Shown here one piece after another: positions 37,995-47,850 of a stretch of 64,000 nt of DNA. The position numbers and the translations under genes are program-made. How positions within the stretch are numbered: position 1 is the stretch's first letter; every line of letters begins with the position of its first letter. The notes below the pieces were generated by a model, which had not been told where the DNA came from, did no database searches, and worked only from the letters and a program-made list of their open reading frames with translations. Origin of the DNA: a virus (lineage: Duplodnaviria > Caudoviricetes). The stretch lies in IMG/VR virus record IMGVR_UViG_3300014204_000120, positions 32,001 through 96,000 of that record; one strand, given 5' to 3'.

Positions 37995-38726
37995 ATGAAA
38001 ACTTGTGTGTTTATGCGTTGGTATAATGAAAATGTATTTGATGAAATTAAGAAGATTAAAAATGAATCTGGTTATGACGTGTATTTAAGTTTGGACTATA
38101 AATTAGGAAGTATATTAAATATAACTGATATATGTCCAATTCATTACTATAATGAAGATGATTTTAATAAATCTAAAATGTTATCGTGGGCTAAGATTTG
38201 TAATAAACCCGGTTCAATGTTTAGATTTAATCCGGAAGTTTCTTTAATTGATTTTAAGAATAAGATAAATTATGATTATTACTGGTTAATTGAAGGTGAT
38301 GTTAAATTGGCAGGTGATTATAATGAGTTTTTTGAAGAGTATAAAAGTGATAGTCATGATTTACTAGCTTATAATATTATGTGCGATCAAAATATAGACC
38401 AGAAGTATTTAACTAGTGCGGATTATGATTACTTGAAAAATGCAGAACAATTTGATAATACAAATTTGTATCAATATATTAATGTTAGATTTAAATCATT
38501 TATGGTAGTATCTAGATTTTCAAAAAAATTATTGGATGCGTTGGAAGATAGTTTTAAGAAAGGGATATTGGGAACTAATGAAAATATAGTTGCAAATGTT
38601 TGCTATTATAACAATATGACTATGCGTTCATTTAATAATAGTTATTTTAAGGAAGAAAACTACTCCGATACACCAAAAGTATTTAATCCTAATGCTCATT
38701 CATTTTTTCATTCTATTAAACGTTAA
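37995..38726 (+). CDS. Putative glycosyltransferase-like protein
   Basis: YDYYWLIEGDV; cluster context; promoter TTGTGT-17-TATATT at 37950. Confidence 0.4.
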   Translation: MKTCVFMRWYNENVFDEIKKIKNESGYDVYLSLDYKLGSILNITDICPIHYYNEDDFNKSKMLSWAKICNKPGSMFRFNPEVSLIDFKNKINYDYYWLIEGDVKLAGDYNEFFEEYKSDSHDLLAYNIMCDQNIDQKYLTSADYDYLKNAEQFDNTNLYQYINVRFKSFMVVSRFSKKLLDALEDSFKKGILGTNENIVANVCYYNNMTMRSFNNSYFKEENYSDTPKVFNPNAHSFFHSIKR

Positions 38727-39559
38727 TGAAAACAAAAATATTAATTACTGGAGCTAATGGATTTATTGGATGTCATTTAAAAGAATGGTTATCAGTTACT
38801 AGATATAAGATTTATACAATTAGTCGAGATGATGGAGATATATCTGATGAAAAATATGTTAAATCGTTATATTCAATTAAACCTAATATTATAATACACT
38901 TAGCGTTTGATATATCTAGAGAAGATAGTTATGAAGTATATTTAAGACAATTAAATAATAATATCAAATCTATGTTGTTAATAGCTGAATTAGCTAAGAA
39001 GTGTAAAGCTAAATTAATTATTCCTTCAACTGTTTCACTATATGCTAATAACAATAAGAAGTTTATTGAAAGTAATAGTATAGATCCGAGAAATGTTTAT
39101 AGTTTATCTAAGTATGTATGTGAACAAATAACTAAGATATATGATTTAGATTATTTAATATTACGGATTGGAATACTATATGGGAAGAATCAAAGTGGTA
39201 ATATGCTTATACCTAATATAATTAACCATATAAAAGAAAATAAAACTATTGAGATATATGGTGGAGATCAAACTAGAGATTTTTTGTATATAGATGATTT
39301 TTGTGAATTGATTTTTATAAGTATTGTTAAAGATATATCTGGTATATATAATGTTGGTTATGGGAAAAGTTATTCTATTAAACAAGTTATTCAGTTTATT
39401 GAAATGCTTATGGGCAAAAAATGTTTAGTTAAGTATAAAAAAATCAAGGATAATGAAATATTAAACTATAGTATTAATAATAAAATTGCTAAAAAAATAT
39501 TTAATTGGAATCCACAATACTCTTTAATTGAAGGGTTGAAAAAGACAATATGCGATTAA
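38726..39559 (+). CDS. NAD-dependent sugar epimerase/dehydratase
   Basis: ITGANGFIG, YSLSK, QTRDFLYIDD. Confidence 0.9.
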   Translation: MKTKILITGANGFIGCHLKEWLSVTRYKIYTISRDDGDISDEKYVKSLYSIKPNIIIHLAFDISREDSYEVYLRQLNNNIKSMLLIAELAKKCKAKLIIPSTVSLYANNNKKFIESNSIDPRNVYSLSKYVCEQITKIYDLDYLILRIGILYGKNQSGNMLIPNIINHIKENKTIEIYGGDQTRDFLYIDDFCELIFISIVKDISGIYNVGYGKSYSIKQVIQFIEMLMGKKCLVKYKKIKDNEILNYSINNKIAKKIFNWNPQYSLIEGLKKTICD

Positions 39560-40311
39560 ATTTGAATAATATTATTAATCGTCATAAAAATATACCTGCG
39601 TTAGTTATAGCACACGGTCCATCATTAAATGAATATTTACCTATATTAGATCAATTGAAACAAAAAGGTATTATTTTAATTGATTGTAACGAATTTTATG
39701 ATTTTCATAAAGTTAATCCGACATATTGGTGTTTTGCAAGTAGTGTGTTAAGAATAGATAATCAAATTAATTATATTAATAAAACTGATAGTGTTATAGT
39801 TTATGCGAATTCTGTGGATTTTACAAACAAAAATTGGATTGAACAGAATATAAAAACAGATATTATAGCATATGATCAGAGGCATTTTCAATATAAAACG
39901 TGTAATGAGTTAATGCAAAGTTCTTTAAAAAATTATGGAGGTTATAGTTGGAATGGATTATGTTGTAATAATATTGATAGAACAAGACTAACTATTCAAG
40001 AAGAATTACAAAAGATGACAATGTATAGTAAACATTATAAAACTGGAGATTCAATAGCAGTTCATGAATTAGCGTTGGCAGTTTTGTTAGGATGTAATCC
40101 TGTTTATTTTATTGGAATTGATTTAGATTATCGATTAGGATATGCTAATAATATAAAATATAATGTTCCTATGGATGGTTTATCTGAAAATTATGATCGA
40201 ATTGTAGAAGATATGGAAATAATTCGAGATTCTGCTAAAGTAATTGGGATTGAATTAATAAACTTAAATAATTTAAGTTATCTACCATTTAACAAAGGAA
40301 AGATTGAATGA
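39550..40311 (+). CDS. Maf/DUF115-like protein (candidate nonulosonate transferase)
   Basis: ALVIAHGPSL...LGCNPVYFIGID; adjacent to neuA. Confidence 0.65.
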   Translation: MRLNLNNIINRHKNIPALVIAHGPSLNEYLPILDQLKQKGIILIDCNEFYDFHKVNPTYWCFASSVLRIDNQINYINKTDSVIVYANSVDFTNKNWIEQNIKTDIIAYDQRHFQYKTCNELMQSSLKNYGGYSWNGLCCNNIDRTRLTIQEELQKMTMYSKHYKTGDSIAVHELALAVLLGCNPVYFIGIDLDYRLGYANNIKYNVPMDGLSENYDRIVEDMEIIRDSAKVIGIELINLNNLSYLPFNKGKIE

Positions 40312-40991
40312 ACTATTTTATTATTCCTGCTAGAAGTGGTTCAAAAGGAGTTCCTAATAAAAATGTAATATTATTAAATGGAATTCATTTACTTGGATAT
40401 TCTATTAAAACTGCTAGTGCGTCTAGACATACTAATCAGATTATATTATCTACTGATAGTGATGAGTATATTGAGATAGCTAAAATATATGGAAATGTTA
40501 TAAGTATAAAAAGAAATAAATTAACATCTAATGATAAAGCGAAAGATATAGATTATATGCTTCATACTATTTTTCAATTAGAATTAGATGAATTTGATAA
40601 TTTAATTATTTTGCGTCCTACTTCACCAATTCGTAAAATTGAAGTAGTTGATAAAGCAATTGAAATATTTAATACAATAAGTTATGATTTTGATGCATTG
40701 AGATCAATGCATGTATTACCAGAAGCACCAGAAAAAATGTTTAGATTAAATAGCGATAATTCCGTTAAACCATTGTTTGGCGATGACATCGATATAACAA
40801 ATCAACCTAGACAAATGTTTGAAGAATCTTATCATCCAAATGGATATGTTGATATTGTCTCTGTTAGGTCTATTATGCAAACTAAAAAATCTTTTGGAAA
40901 TAAAATATATGGATATATTACTGAAAGAATTTATGAAATTGATACTGTAGAAGATATAGATTTTCTTAATATTAAAATGAAAGGAATATAA
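40308..40991 (+). CDS. neuA: Acylneuraminate cytidylyltransferase (CMP-nonulosonate synthetase)
   Basis: IIPARSGSKGVPNKN, STDS, LRPTSPIR, EIDTVED. Confidence 0.9.
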   Translation: MNYFIIPARSGSKGVPNKNVILLNGIHLLGYSIKTASASRHTNQIILSTDSDEYIEIAKIYGNVISIKRNKLTSNDKAKDIDYMLHTIFQLELDEFDNLIILRPTSPIRKIEVVDKAIEIFNTISYDFDALRSMHVLPEAPEKMFRLNSDNSVKPLFGDDIDITNQPRQMFEESYHPNGYVDIVSVRSIMQTKKSFGNKIYGYITERIYEIDTVEDIDFLNIKMKGI

Positions 40992-40995
40992 TTAA

Positions 40996-42216
40996 ATGAA
41001 AACTAAAGAAATTATTGAAACTATTAGTAATTTAGAACCTAGATCTATGAGAAGTTATTATGATATTGTTTGGAAAAAAACTAATAATGATATTTTATAC
41101 GATACTGATGGAAAAAAGTATATTGATTTTACATCTACTATCTTTGTACAAAATGTAGGACATTCTAATCCAAAAGTTATTAATGCTATTAAAAAAGCGG
41201 CTACAAAACAATTAACTCATACTTATACTTATTATCATGAAGGAAGAGCAAAAATATTACAAAAATTAATTAATATGAGTCAACCATATGGAGAAAAAGC
41301 ATTTCTTTTATCGTCAGGTACTGAGGCAACAGAAGCAGCTGTAAAAATGGCGCGGTGGTATGGTGGAGTTAATAAACCTATAGTTTTATCATTTATAGGA
41401 GCAATGCATGGTAGAACTATGGCAGCTGAATTAATGAAGGGAACAAATACGTATCCTCGTCATAAACATTTTTGGCATTTACCATTTCCAAATGATCAAA
41501 ATAATTTTGAATCTGATTTAAAAGATATTGGAGTTAATACAAAAAAAATTTGTGGAATTATTATAGAAAGTTATCAAGGATGGTCTGCAAGATTATTACC
41601 AAAACAGTATGTTCAGGATTTATGTAATTGGGCAAAAGAAAATGATGTATTGGTATGCTTTGATGAAATTCAAGCAGGATTAGGAAGAACAGGTAAATTA
41701 TTTACATTTCAACATTATGATGTTGATCCTGATTTATTTTGTTTGGGTAAAGGATTAGGTGGTGGACTGCCATTGTCTGCTGTTATTGGCAAATCTAAAA
41801 TATTGAATATACCGGATATAGGAGATATGAGTAGTACACATTCAGCAAATCCTATTTGTTGTGCATCTGGTTTAGCAGTATTAAATGAATTAGATAGAAT
41901 AATCAAATCAAATAAATTTAGACAAAATATTAATTGTTTTGAAACATATATTGAAAATATTAAATGTAGACATAATTTTTCATCGATTTTATTAGAAGTT
42001 AATTATTGTGGAATGGTAGCAGGGTTTGTATTTAAAAATAAAACAATTGCTGATAATGTTTGTGATATTTGTGTTAAGAAAGGATTATTGCCGGTTCATA
42101 CAGGAAGGGAATCAGTAAAGATAGGACCTCCGTTAACTATTACACAAGATCATTTAACTAAAGGTCTTATGATTTTTGATAATGCAATTGCTGATGTTTG
42201 GAGAAATAATATATGA
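40996..42216 (+). CDS. Class III PLP aminotransferase
   Basis: SGTEATE, HGRT, FDEIQAGLGRTG, GKGLGGG. Confidence 0.9.
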   Translation: MKTKEIIETISNLEPRSMRSYYDIVWKKTNNDILYDTDGKKYIDFTSTIFVQNVGHSNPKVINAIKKAATKQLTHTYTYYHEGRAKILQKLINMSQPYGEKAFLLSSGTEATEAAVKMARWYGGVNKPIVLSFIGAMHGRTMAAELMKGTNTYPRHKHFWHLPFPNDQNNFESDLKDIGVNTKKICGIIIESYQGWSARLLPKQYVQDLCNWAKENDVLVCFDEIQAGLGRTGKLFTFQHYDVDPDLFCLGKGLGGGLPLSAVIGKSKILNIPDIGDMSSTHSANPICCASGLAVLNELDRIIKSNKFRQNINCFETYIENIKCRHNFSSILLEVNYCGMVAGFVFKNKTIADNVCDICVKKGLLPVHTGRESVKIGPPLTITQDHLTKGLMIFDNAIADVWRNNI

Positions 42217-42860
42217 ATTATGTTGAAATAACTTATAAAAATCATGATTATACATCTTATCCATATAAGTTAATAGATTATTTATTTAAGAGATATCATT
42301 TAAAAGAAGGTCATAATTTATTAGATATAGGGTGCGGTAGAGGAGAATTTTCAAAAGCTTTTCAAACAAAACAATTGAAAGTTACTTCTATTGATAGAAT
42401 TTATAATGAAGATTATCATAAAGATTTAAATTTTTACAAATTTGATTTAGAGAAGCCAATAAAGATAAAATCGACTTTTGATATTATATTTTGTAAATCT
42501 GTTTTAGAACATATAGTAAATCAAGAAATATTTATGAATTCAATTAAAAATTTAATGAGTAAAAATGGATTAATTATAATGTTAGTTCCTGATTGGGATA
42601 ATCAAAAAAATATTTTTTATGATGATCCTACTCATATACATCCTTATAATCAAAAATCCATGAAGGATTTATTAGAAATATATGGATTTAAAAATGTTCA
42701 ATCCGAAAAGTTTTATCAATTACCGTTAGTTTGGAAATATTATATGTTTAAAATACTATGTAAGTCTATAGGATTAATTTTAAAACCAGAGCATTATTTA
42801 AAAAATAAAACCTTACATTGGGCAGTTGAAAATATGATACTAGCAACTGGGAGAAAGTAA
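42213..42860 (+). CDS. Class I SAM methyltransferase
   Basis: LLDIGCGRG, KSVLEH, DDPTH. Confidence 0.85.
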   Translation: MNYVEITYKNHDYTSYPYKLIDYLFKRYHLKEGHNLLDIGCGRGEFSKAFQTKQLKVTSIDRIYNEDYHKDLNFYKFDLEKPIKIKSTFDIIFCKSVLEHIVNQEIFMNSIKNLMSKNGLIIMLVPDWDNQKNIFYDDPTHIHPYNQKSMKDLLEIYGFKNVQSEKFYQLPLVWKYYMFKILCKSIGLILKPEHYLKNKTLHWAVENMILATGRK

Positions 42861-42862
42861 GT

Positions 42863-43228
42863 ATGAATGTTAGACATTGTGGAATGTTTGTAAAAGATTT
42901 AATAAAATCAGTTAATTTTTATAAACAATTAGGATTTGTTGAATATTATAATAATATTGAAAAATGGAATTATTTTGGAGAATTGAAAATATCGAAACTT
43001 AAATCAGAAAATGGATTTAATATTGAATTAATTGAATCTGATAAAGTAAATGAATTAAACGATAAACATCATATTGCATTAGAAGTTGAAAATGTAGATG
43101 ATATTTATAATAAATTAAAAGATAATTTTAATTTTATTATAACACCAACAATCTCGCCAGATGGATCAGCAAAGGTTGCTTTTTTTAAAGGATATGAAAA
43201 TTATATTGAATTGGTTGAAATATTATGA
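42863..43228 (+). CDS. VOC/glyoxalase family protein
   Basis: RHCGMFVKDL..S..FY..LGF, HHIALEV, IELVE. Confidence 0.85.
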   Translation: MNVRHCGMFVKDLIKSVNFYKQLGFVEYYNNIEKWNYFGELKISKLKSENGFNIELIESDKVNELNDKHHIALEVENVDDIYNKLKDNFNFIITPTISPDGSAKVAFFKGYENYIELVEIL

Positions 43229-44619
43229 ATAATTTAAAAAAAAAGATTCTGCTAATAGTGTATGATAATGGATCGTATATACACAATTTTCCATTAGGTA
43301 CGGCTTATATAGCTGAGTATTTAAAACAACATAAGCATCAAGTAACTATTTATAATCAAGATGTATTTCATTGGGAAGAATCTCATTTAACTAATTATTT
43401 AGATAATAATAAATTTGATTATGTTGGATTAGGGTTTATAGCTGGTTATTATCAATATAAAAAAATTCAATTAATCTCTAAAGCTATTAACGCATCAAAG
43501 AATAGATTAAATTTTAAGTTTATATTAGGGGGCCATGGTCCTTCACCAGAACCTAATTTTTTTTTAAAGAAGTTACAAGCGGATTATATTGTAGTTGGTG
43601 AAGGTGAAGTTCCATTTCTATTTTTAGTTGAAGGGCGAAACCCTAGTGATATAGATAGTTTAGTTGGGTTGGATTTTAATAATAATGATAAACGTGATAA
43701 TGTAATAAAAAATATTGATGATTTACGACCTAATTGGGATTTATTTCCTATTGAGAATTATGTTTTAGTTAGAGAGTTTGGATTTAAAAAAACAGCTAGA
43801 GTTATGTCTATGGTTTCGGGTCGTGGATGTAATTTTAGATGTAATTTTTGCTATCGTCTTGATAAAGGATTAAGAATTAGATCAAATGAAAGTATTATAG
43901 ATGAAATTAAATACTTAAAGAAAACTTATAATATAGATACTATTTCTTTCTTAGATGAACTATTAATGTCATCTGAGAAAAGAGTAATATTATTATGCGA
44001 AGAATTTTTAAAGAATAATTTAAATATACAATGGGAATGTAGCGGTAGATTAAATTATGCTAAAAAAGAAGTATTAAAATTAATGAAAAGAGCCGGATGT
44101 GTATTTATTAACTATGGTATAGAATCTTTAGACGATAATGTTTTAAAAAATATGAATAAGTGTTTAACTGTTGATCAAATTATAAAAGGTGTAGAAGCTA
44201 CTAAGGAATTAGATATTAATCAAGGTCTAAATATAATTTTTGGAAATATTGGAGAAACTAAAGAAATATTAATGAAAGGTGTAGAGTTTATTAAAAAATA
44301 TGGAGATGGATGTCAATTAAGAACTATTAGACCTGTTACTCCTTATCCTGGATCTCCTTTGTATTATAAAGCTATTAATGAAGGATTGCTTAAAGACGTT
44401 GAAGACTTTTATGAGAATAAACATTTAAACTCAGATTTAATGTCAGTTAACTTCACAAATTTATCTGATAATGATTTTTATGAAGCTTTAAAGGAAGCTA
44501 ATATTGAATTGATTAAGTTTTATTATAGTAAAAATAATGACGAACAAAGTGTAATAGATCAATGTAAAAACTTGTATGATAACAAAGATGTTAGCTTTAG
44601 AGGATTTAGACAGATGTAA
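43225..44619 (+). CDS. B12-binding radical SAM protein
   Basis: PLGTAYI, LGGHGPS, GEGE, GRGCNFRCNFC, GIES, PYPGS. Confidence 0.9.
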   Translation: MNNLKKKILLIVYDNGSYIHNFPLGTAYIAEYLKQHKHQVTIYNQDVFHWEESHLTNYLDNNKFDYVGLGFIAGYYQYKKIQLISKAINASKNRLNFKFILGGHGPSPEPNFFLKKLQADYIVVGEGEVPFLFLVEGRNPSDIDSLVGLDFNNNDKRDNVIKNIDDLRPNWDLFPIENYVLVREFGFKKTARVMSMVSGRGCNFRCNFCYRLDKGLRIRSNESIIDEIKYLKKTYNIDTISFLDELLMSSEKRVILLCEEFLKNNLNIQWECSGRLNYAKKEVLKLMKRAGCVFINYGIESLDDNVLKNMNKCLTVDQIIKGVEATKELDINQGLNIIFGNIGETKEILMKGVEFIKKYGDGCQLRTIRPVTPYPGSPLYYKAINEGLLKDVEDFYENKHLNSDLMSVNFTNLSDNDFYEALKEANIELIKFYYSKNNDEQSVIDQCKNLYDNKDVSFRGFRQM

Positions 44620-44633
44620 TAAGGAGTAATATA

Positions 44634-45425
44634 ATGATAGGTTTAACAACAGTTAATATTGAACTAACAAGTAGATGTAATAAGAATTGTTGGATGTGCG
44701 GTAGAAGGAAAATTGATAGAGATTTTCCTGAGATTAGTATGAATTATGGTGATATGGATTTTGAATTATTAGAAAAAATAGCTTTGCAAATTCCAGACGG
44801 TATTATTGTTCAAGCTCATAATAACGGGGAGCCCTTAATGTATCCTCGTCTAGGTGATGCTTTGAAATTACTAAAAGGAAAAATAAGATGTTTAGATACT
44901 AATGGTAAGTTATTATTAGAGAAGTTTGATCAAATAGAAGGTAATTTAGAATCTATAACTATATCTACGTTTCAAGATGATACAGAATGGGAAGAACAGT
45001 ATAACATATTAATTGATTATTTAAAGATAGTAAACCATAAACACTATGTTATTATTAGAGTACTTGGTGAAGTAGGTGAAAAAAGATTACAACTATATAA
45101 AGATACTGGATGTTTGATAGCTTATAGAACTCTTCATTCTCCTATGGGTAGTTTTAATTATAAAAAGAAAACAGTAATACCAGAACACGGTTTTTGTTTA
45201 GAGATGTTAAGTCATCCAGCTATTAATAGATTTGGGGAAGTTTCAACATGTGTTAGATTCGATCCTTATAAAGAATTGGTTATAGGAAACTTAAATAATC
45301 AGACATTTGAGGAAATATGGTATGGTAAAAAAAGAATGGAATTAGTACATAAACATATAAATTGTGAACGAAATAAAATTCCTTTTTGTTCTAAATGTGA
45401 GTTTTATGGAATTCCTAGAGGGTAA
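44634..45425 (+). CDS. Radical SAM/SPASM protein
   Basis: CNKNCWMC, GEPL, TNG, C-terminal CSKC. Confidence 0.85.
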   Translation: MIGLTTVNIELTSRCNKNCWMCGRRKIDRDFPEISMNYGDMDFELLEKIALQIPDGIIVQAHNNGEPLMYPRLGDALKLLKGKIRCLDTNGKLLLEKFDQIEGNLESITISTFQDDTEWEEQYNILIDYLKIVNHKHYVIIRVLGEVGEKRLQLYKDTGCLIAYRTLHSPMGSFNYKKKTVIPEHGFCLEMLSHPAINRFGEVSTCVRFDPYKELVIGNLNNQTFEEIWYGKKRMELVHKHINCERNKIPFCSKCEFYGIPRG

Positions 45426-45432
45426 ATAATAA

Positions 45433-45771
45433 ATGAAATATGTTAAAAAGCTTTGGGGTGAAGAGCATTGGTTAGCTAACGATGATTTTTGTTGTAAAGA
45501 ATTAATACTTAAAGAAGATTATAGATGTAGTTTGCATTATCATAAAAATAAGGATGAATTGTTTTATGTTATTTCTGGAAAAGTATTAATTGAATTAAAT
45601 GATATAAAAGAAATATTAATTGAAGGAGATTGGATTAGAGTTAAGCCATACGATAAACATAGATTTACTGGATTGGTAGATAGCGTTATATTAGAAAGTT
45701 CAACACATCATGAAGATGGAGACTCATATAGAATTGAACCAAGTGGTAAATTTAATAATATGGAGGATTAA
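45433..45771 (+). CDS. Cupin (sugar isomerase-like)
   Basis: KLWGEE, SLHYHKNKDELFYV.SG, HRF. Confidence 0.8.
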   Translation: MKYVKKLWGEEHWLANDDFCCKELILKEDYRCSLHYHKNKDELFYVISGKVLIELNDIKEILIEGDWIRVKPYDKHRFTGLVDSVILESSTHHEDGDSYRIEPSGKFNNMED

Positions 45772-46632
45772 ATGAATACTATTTTAGTTTCAGAGATTGG
45801 AATTAACGCGAACGGTTCTCTTGAGATAGCAAAAAAGTTAATAGATTTAGCTGTGTTAGGCGATTGTAAGTTTGTTAAATTTCAAAAAAGAACAGTTGAA
45901 GCTGTATATACTAAGGCTGAATTAGATAAACCTAGAGAATCTCCATGGGGAACAACTAATAGAGAACAAAAGATGGGATTAGAGTTTGGTAAAAAAGAGT
46001 ATGATGAAATAGATAGATATTGTAAGGAAAAGGGTATAGGATGGTTTGCTTCTCCTTGGGATATAGATTCTGTTGACTTTTTAATGCAATATAATCCTAA
46101 GTATATTAAAGTAGCTTCTGCAATGGTAACTAATGAACCTTTATTAAAGAAAATTAATGAAGCTATTAAAGGAACACAAACTAAAGTAATTATAGCTACC
46201 GGTATGACTACAGAAACTGAGTTGTTTGAAGCTTTATCGATTTTAGGGAATAATAATATAGAGTATATATTAGCGTGTACTTCGAGTTATCCTACACCAG
46301 TAAAAGATATGAATATGGCTAAAATAGCAACATTACAAGCTAAGTTTTTAGGAACATCATATAAAATTGGTTTTTCTAATCACTATTCAGGTTTAAAGTT
46401 TATTTTTATGGCTGCTACGTTAGGAGCTAGAATGATTGAGTATCATATAACTTTAGATAGAACAATGTATGGAAGTGATCAGGCTTCTTCTATTGAACCA
46501 TCAGGAGTATTAGAAATACCTTGTCATATTGAAATGATTGAAAATGCTTGGGGAAATGGAAAATTAGAGTGTATGCCTAGTGAATTACCAATTAAGGAAA
46601 AATTAAGAAAGAAGTCAACTACCGGCGGATAA
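45772..46632 (+). CDS. neuB: N-acetylneuraminate/nonulosonate synthase (no C-terminal SAF domain)
   Basis: EIGINANG, VKFQKR, ASPWD, IKVASA, CTSSYP, GFSNH, IEYHITLDR..GSDQ. Confidence 0.9.
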   Translation: MNTILVSEIGINANGSLEIAKKLIDLAVLGDCKFVKFQKRTVEAVYTKAELDKPRESPWGTTNREQKMGLEFGKKEYDEIDRYCKEKGIGWFASPWDIDSVDFLMQYNPKYIKVASAMVTNEPLLKKINEAIKGTQTKVIIATGMTTETELFEALSILGNNNIEYILACTSSYPTPVKDMNMAKIATLQAKFLGTSYKIGFSNHYSGLKFIFMAATLGARMIEYHITLDRTMYGSDQASSIEPSGVLEIPCHIEMIENAWGNGKLECMPSELPIKEKLRKKSTTGG

Positions 46633-46679
46633 ATCTGTGGGCTTGAATCGTGAGGTTCAACGATTAAAATAGTTGGTTT
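46613..46679 (+). mobile_element. Relic of an IS200/IS605-family (IscB/HEARO omega-RNA-like) 5' end
   Basis: GTCAACTACC-hairpin-GGGCTTG, then TTGAATC-GTGA-GGTTCAA hairpin, closed by TAGTTGGTT pairing with AGTCAACTA. Confidence 0.55.
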
Positions 46680-46697
46680 CATTTCTATATAGAGATC

Positions 46698-47138
46698 ATG
46701 ATAGAACAAAGTTTATATAATCAAATTGTAGAAAATATGCCAATTTGTTGTGTGGATGTTTGTATATTAAGAGAAAACGGCGTATTATTAGTTAAAAGAA
46801 ATACAGAACCTTCCAAAAATGCGTATTGGTTGCCGGGCGGGCGTCTTTATAAAAACGAGTTACTTAAAGATTGTGCTTATAGAAAAGCTAAAGAAGAAAC
46901 AGGAATTGAATGTATAGTAGGTCCAATCGTTCATACAGACGAAACAGTATTTGATACAGGTCCGTCTGGTATTCCTATTCATAGTATCAATGTTTGTTTT
47001 TTATTGATGCCTATAACATTAACTATTAAATTAGATCAATATAGTGATGATTATAAGTGGGTTAAAACAATTCCATTAGATATTCACCCATACGTAGGTA
47101 AATGTCTAGAAAAATGTGGTCTTAATTATTATAAATAA
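46698..47138 (+). CDS. Nudix hydrolase (GDP-mannose mannosyl hydrolase-like)
   Basis: PICCVDV...LLVKR..EP...WLPGGR...RKAKEETG. Confidence 0.8.
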   Translation: MIEQSLYNQIVENMPICCVDVCILRENGVLLVKRNTEPSKNAYWLPGGRLYKNELLKDCAYRKAKEETGIECIVGPIVHTDETVFDTGPSGIPIHSINVCFLLMPITLTIKLDQYSDDYKWVKTIPLDIHPYVGKCLEKCGLNYYK

Positions 47139-47170
47139 TTATAGATCTTAATAATTAAGGAGAAAATAAT

Positions 47171-47509
47171 ATGTCAGTTATTCAGTTTTTAAAAGAAGCA
47201 ATTTCAAGAGAAGAAGCAGAAGATTTAGTTAAAACTGTAGCCATTATGAGTACTGATGGTGAAACAAAAGGAAGATATCTTAATTTAAATAGAGCTAAAC
47301 GTGGTGAAGTTGAATGGGTTGGCGTTGGTAGTGCTGGGATTTTTTTAATGAAAAATAAAATTATAAAAGATATACTACCGACTGTTGCTGATAAAATTGG
47401 TAACTATAAAATTGTTTATAAAGATGATATGCCTAGAGATTACGGAAAATCTTCATTTAGAGACGAACCAGTAAGAACTTTTACACCTAAAGCTACAACT
47501 ATTGATTAA
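47171..47509 (+). CDS. Hypothetical internal head protein
   Basis: Late promoter 47130; MSVIQFLKE. Confidence 0.5.
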   Translation: MSVIQFLKEAISREEAEDLVKTVAIMSTDGETKGRYLNLNRAKRGEVEWVGVGSAGIFLMKNKIIKDILPTVADKIGNYKIVYKDDMPRDYGKSSFRDEPVRTFTPKATTID

Positions 47510-47570
47510 ATAATATAATTCATTTAATATAAATATAATTAGGTAATTAAACCTATTAAAGGTAGGTGTT

Positions 47571-47849
47571 ATGACTAATTTTATTTCGTATTATTTTGGT
47601 GAAGACTATAAAATGCAGTATGACATTGGTAGTTCTTTAAGAAATGAATATGCTAGATATCTAATTTCACAATGGTTTGAAGAAGCTAAACGTAAAAGAG
47701 ACTTTGATTTGGACCCTAAAGACCTACAAAGAATGGTAGAATTGGTTCGTCAAAAACATAAATTAGGTGAAGAAGAAATTGAAAATATAGCAGATGAGTT
47801 AAAACTAATAGCTCAAGATATTATTAAATCAGCCGAACAGGTAGCTTAA
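47571..47849 (+). CDS. Hypothetical protein
   Basis: Late promoter 47528; MTNFISYYFGE. Confidence 0.5.
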   Translation: MTNFISYYFGEDYKMQYDIGSSLRNEYARYLISQWFEEAKRKRDFDLDPKDLQRMVELVRQKHKLGEEEIENIADELKLIAQDIIKSAEQVA

Positions 47850-47850
47850 A

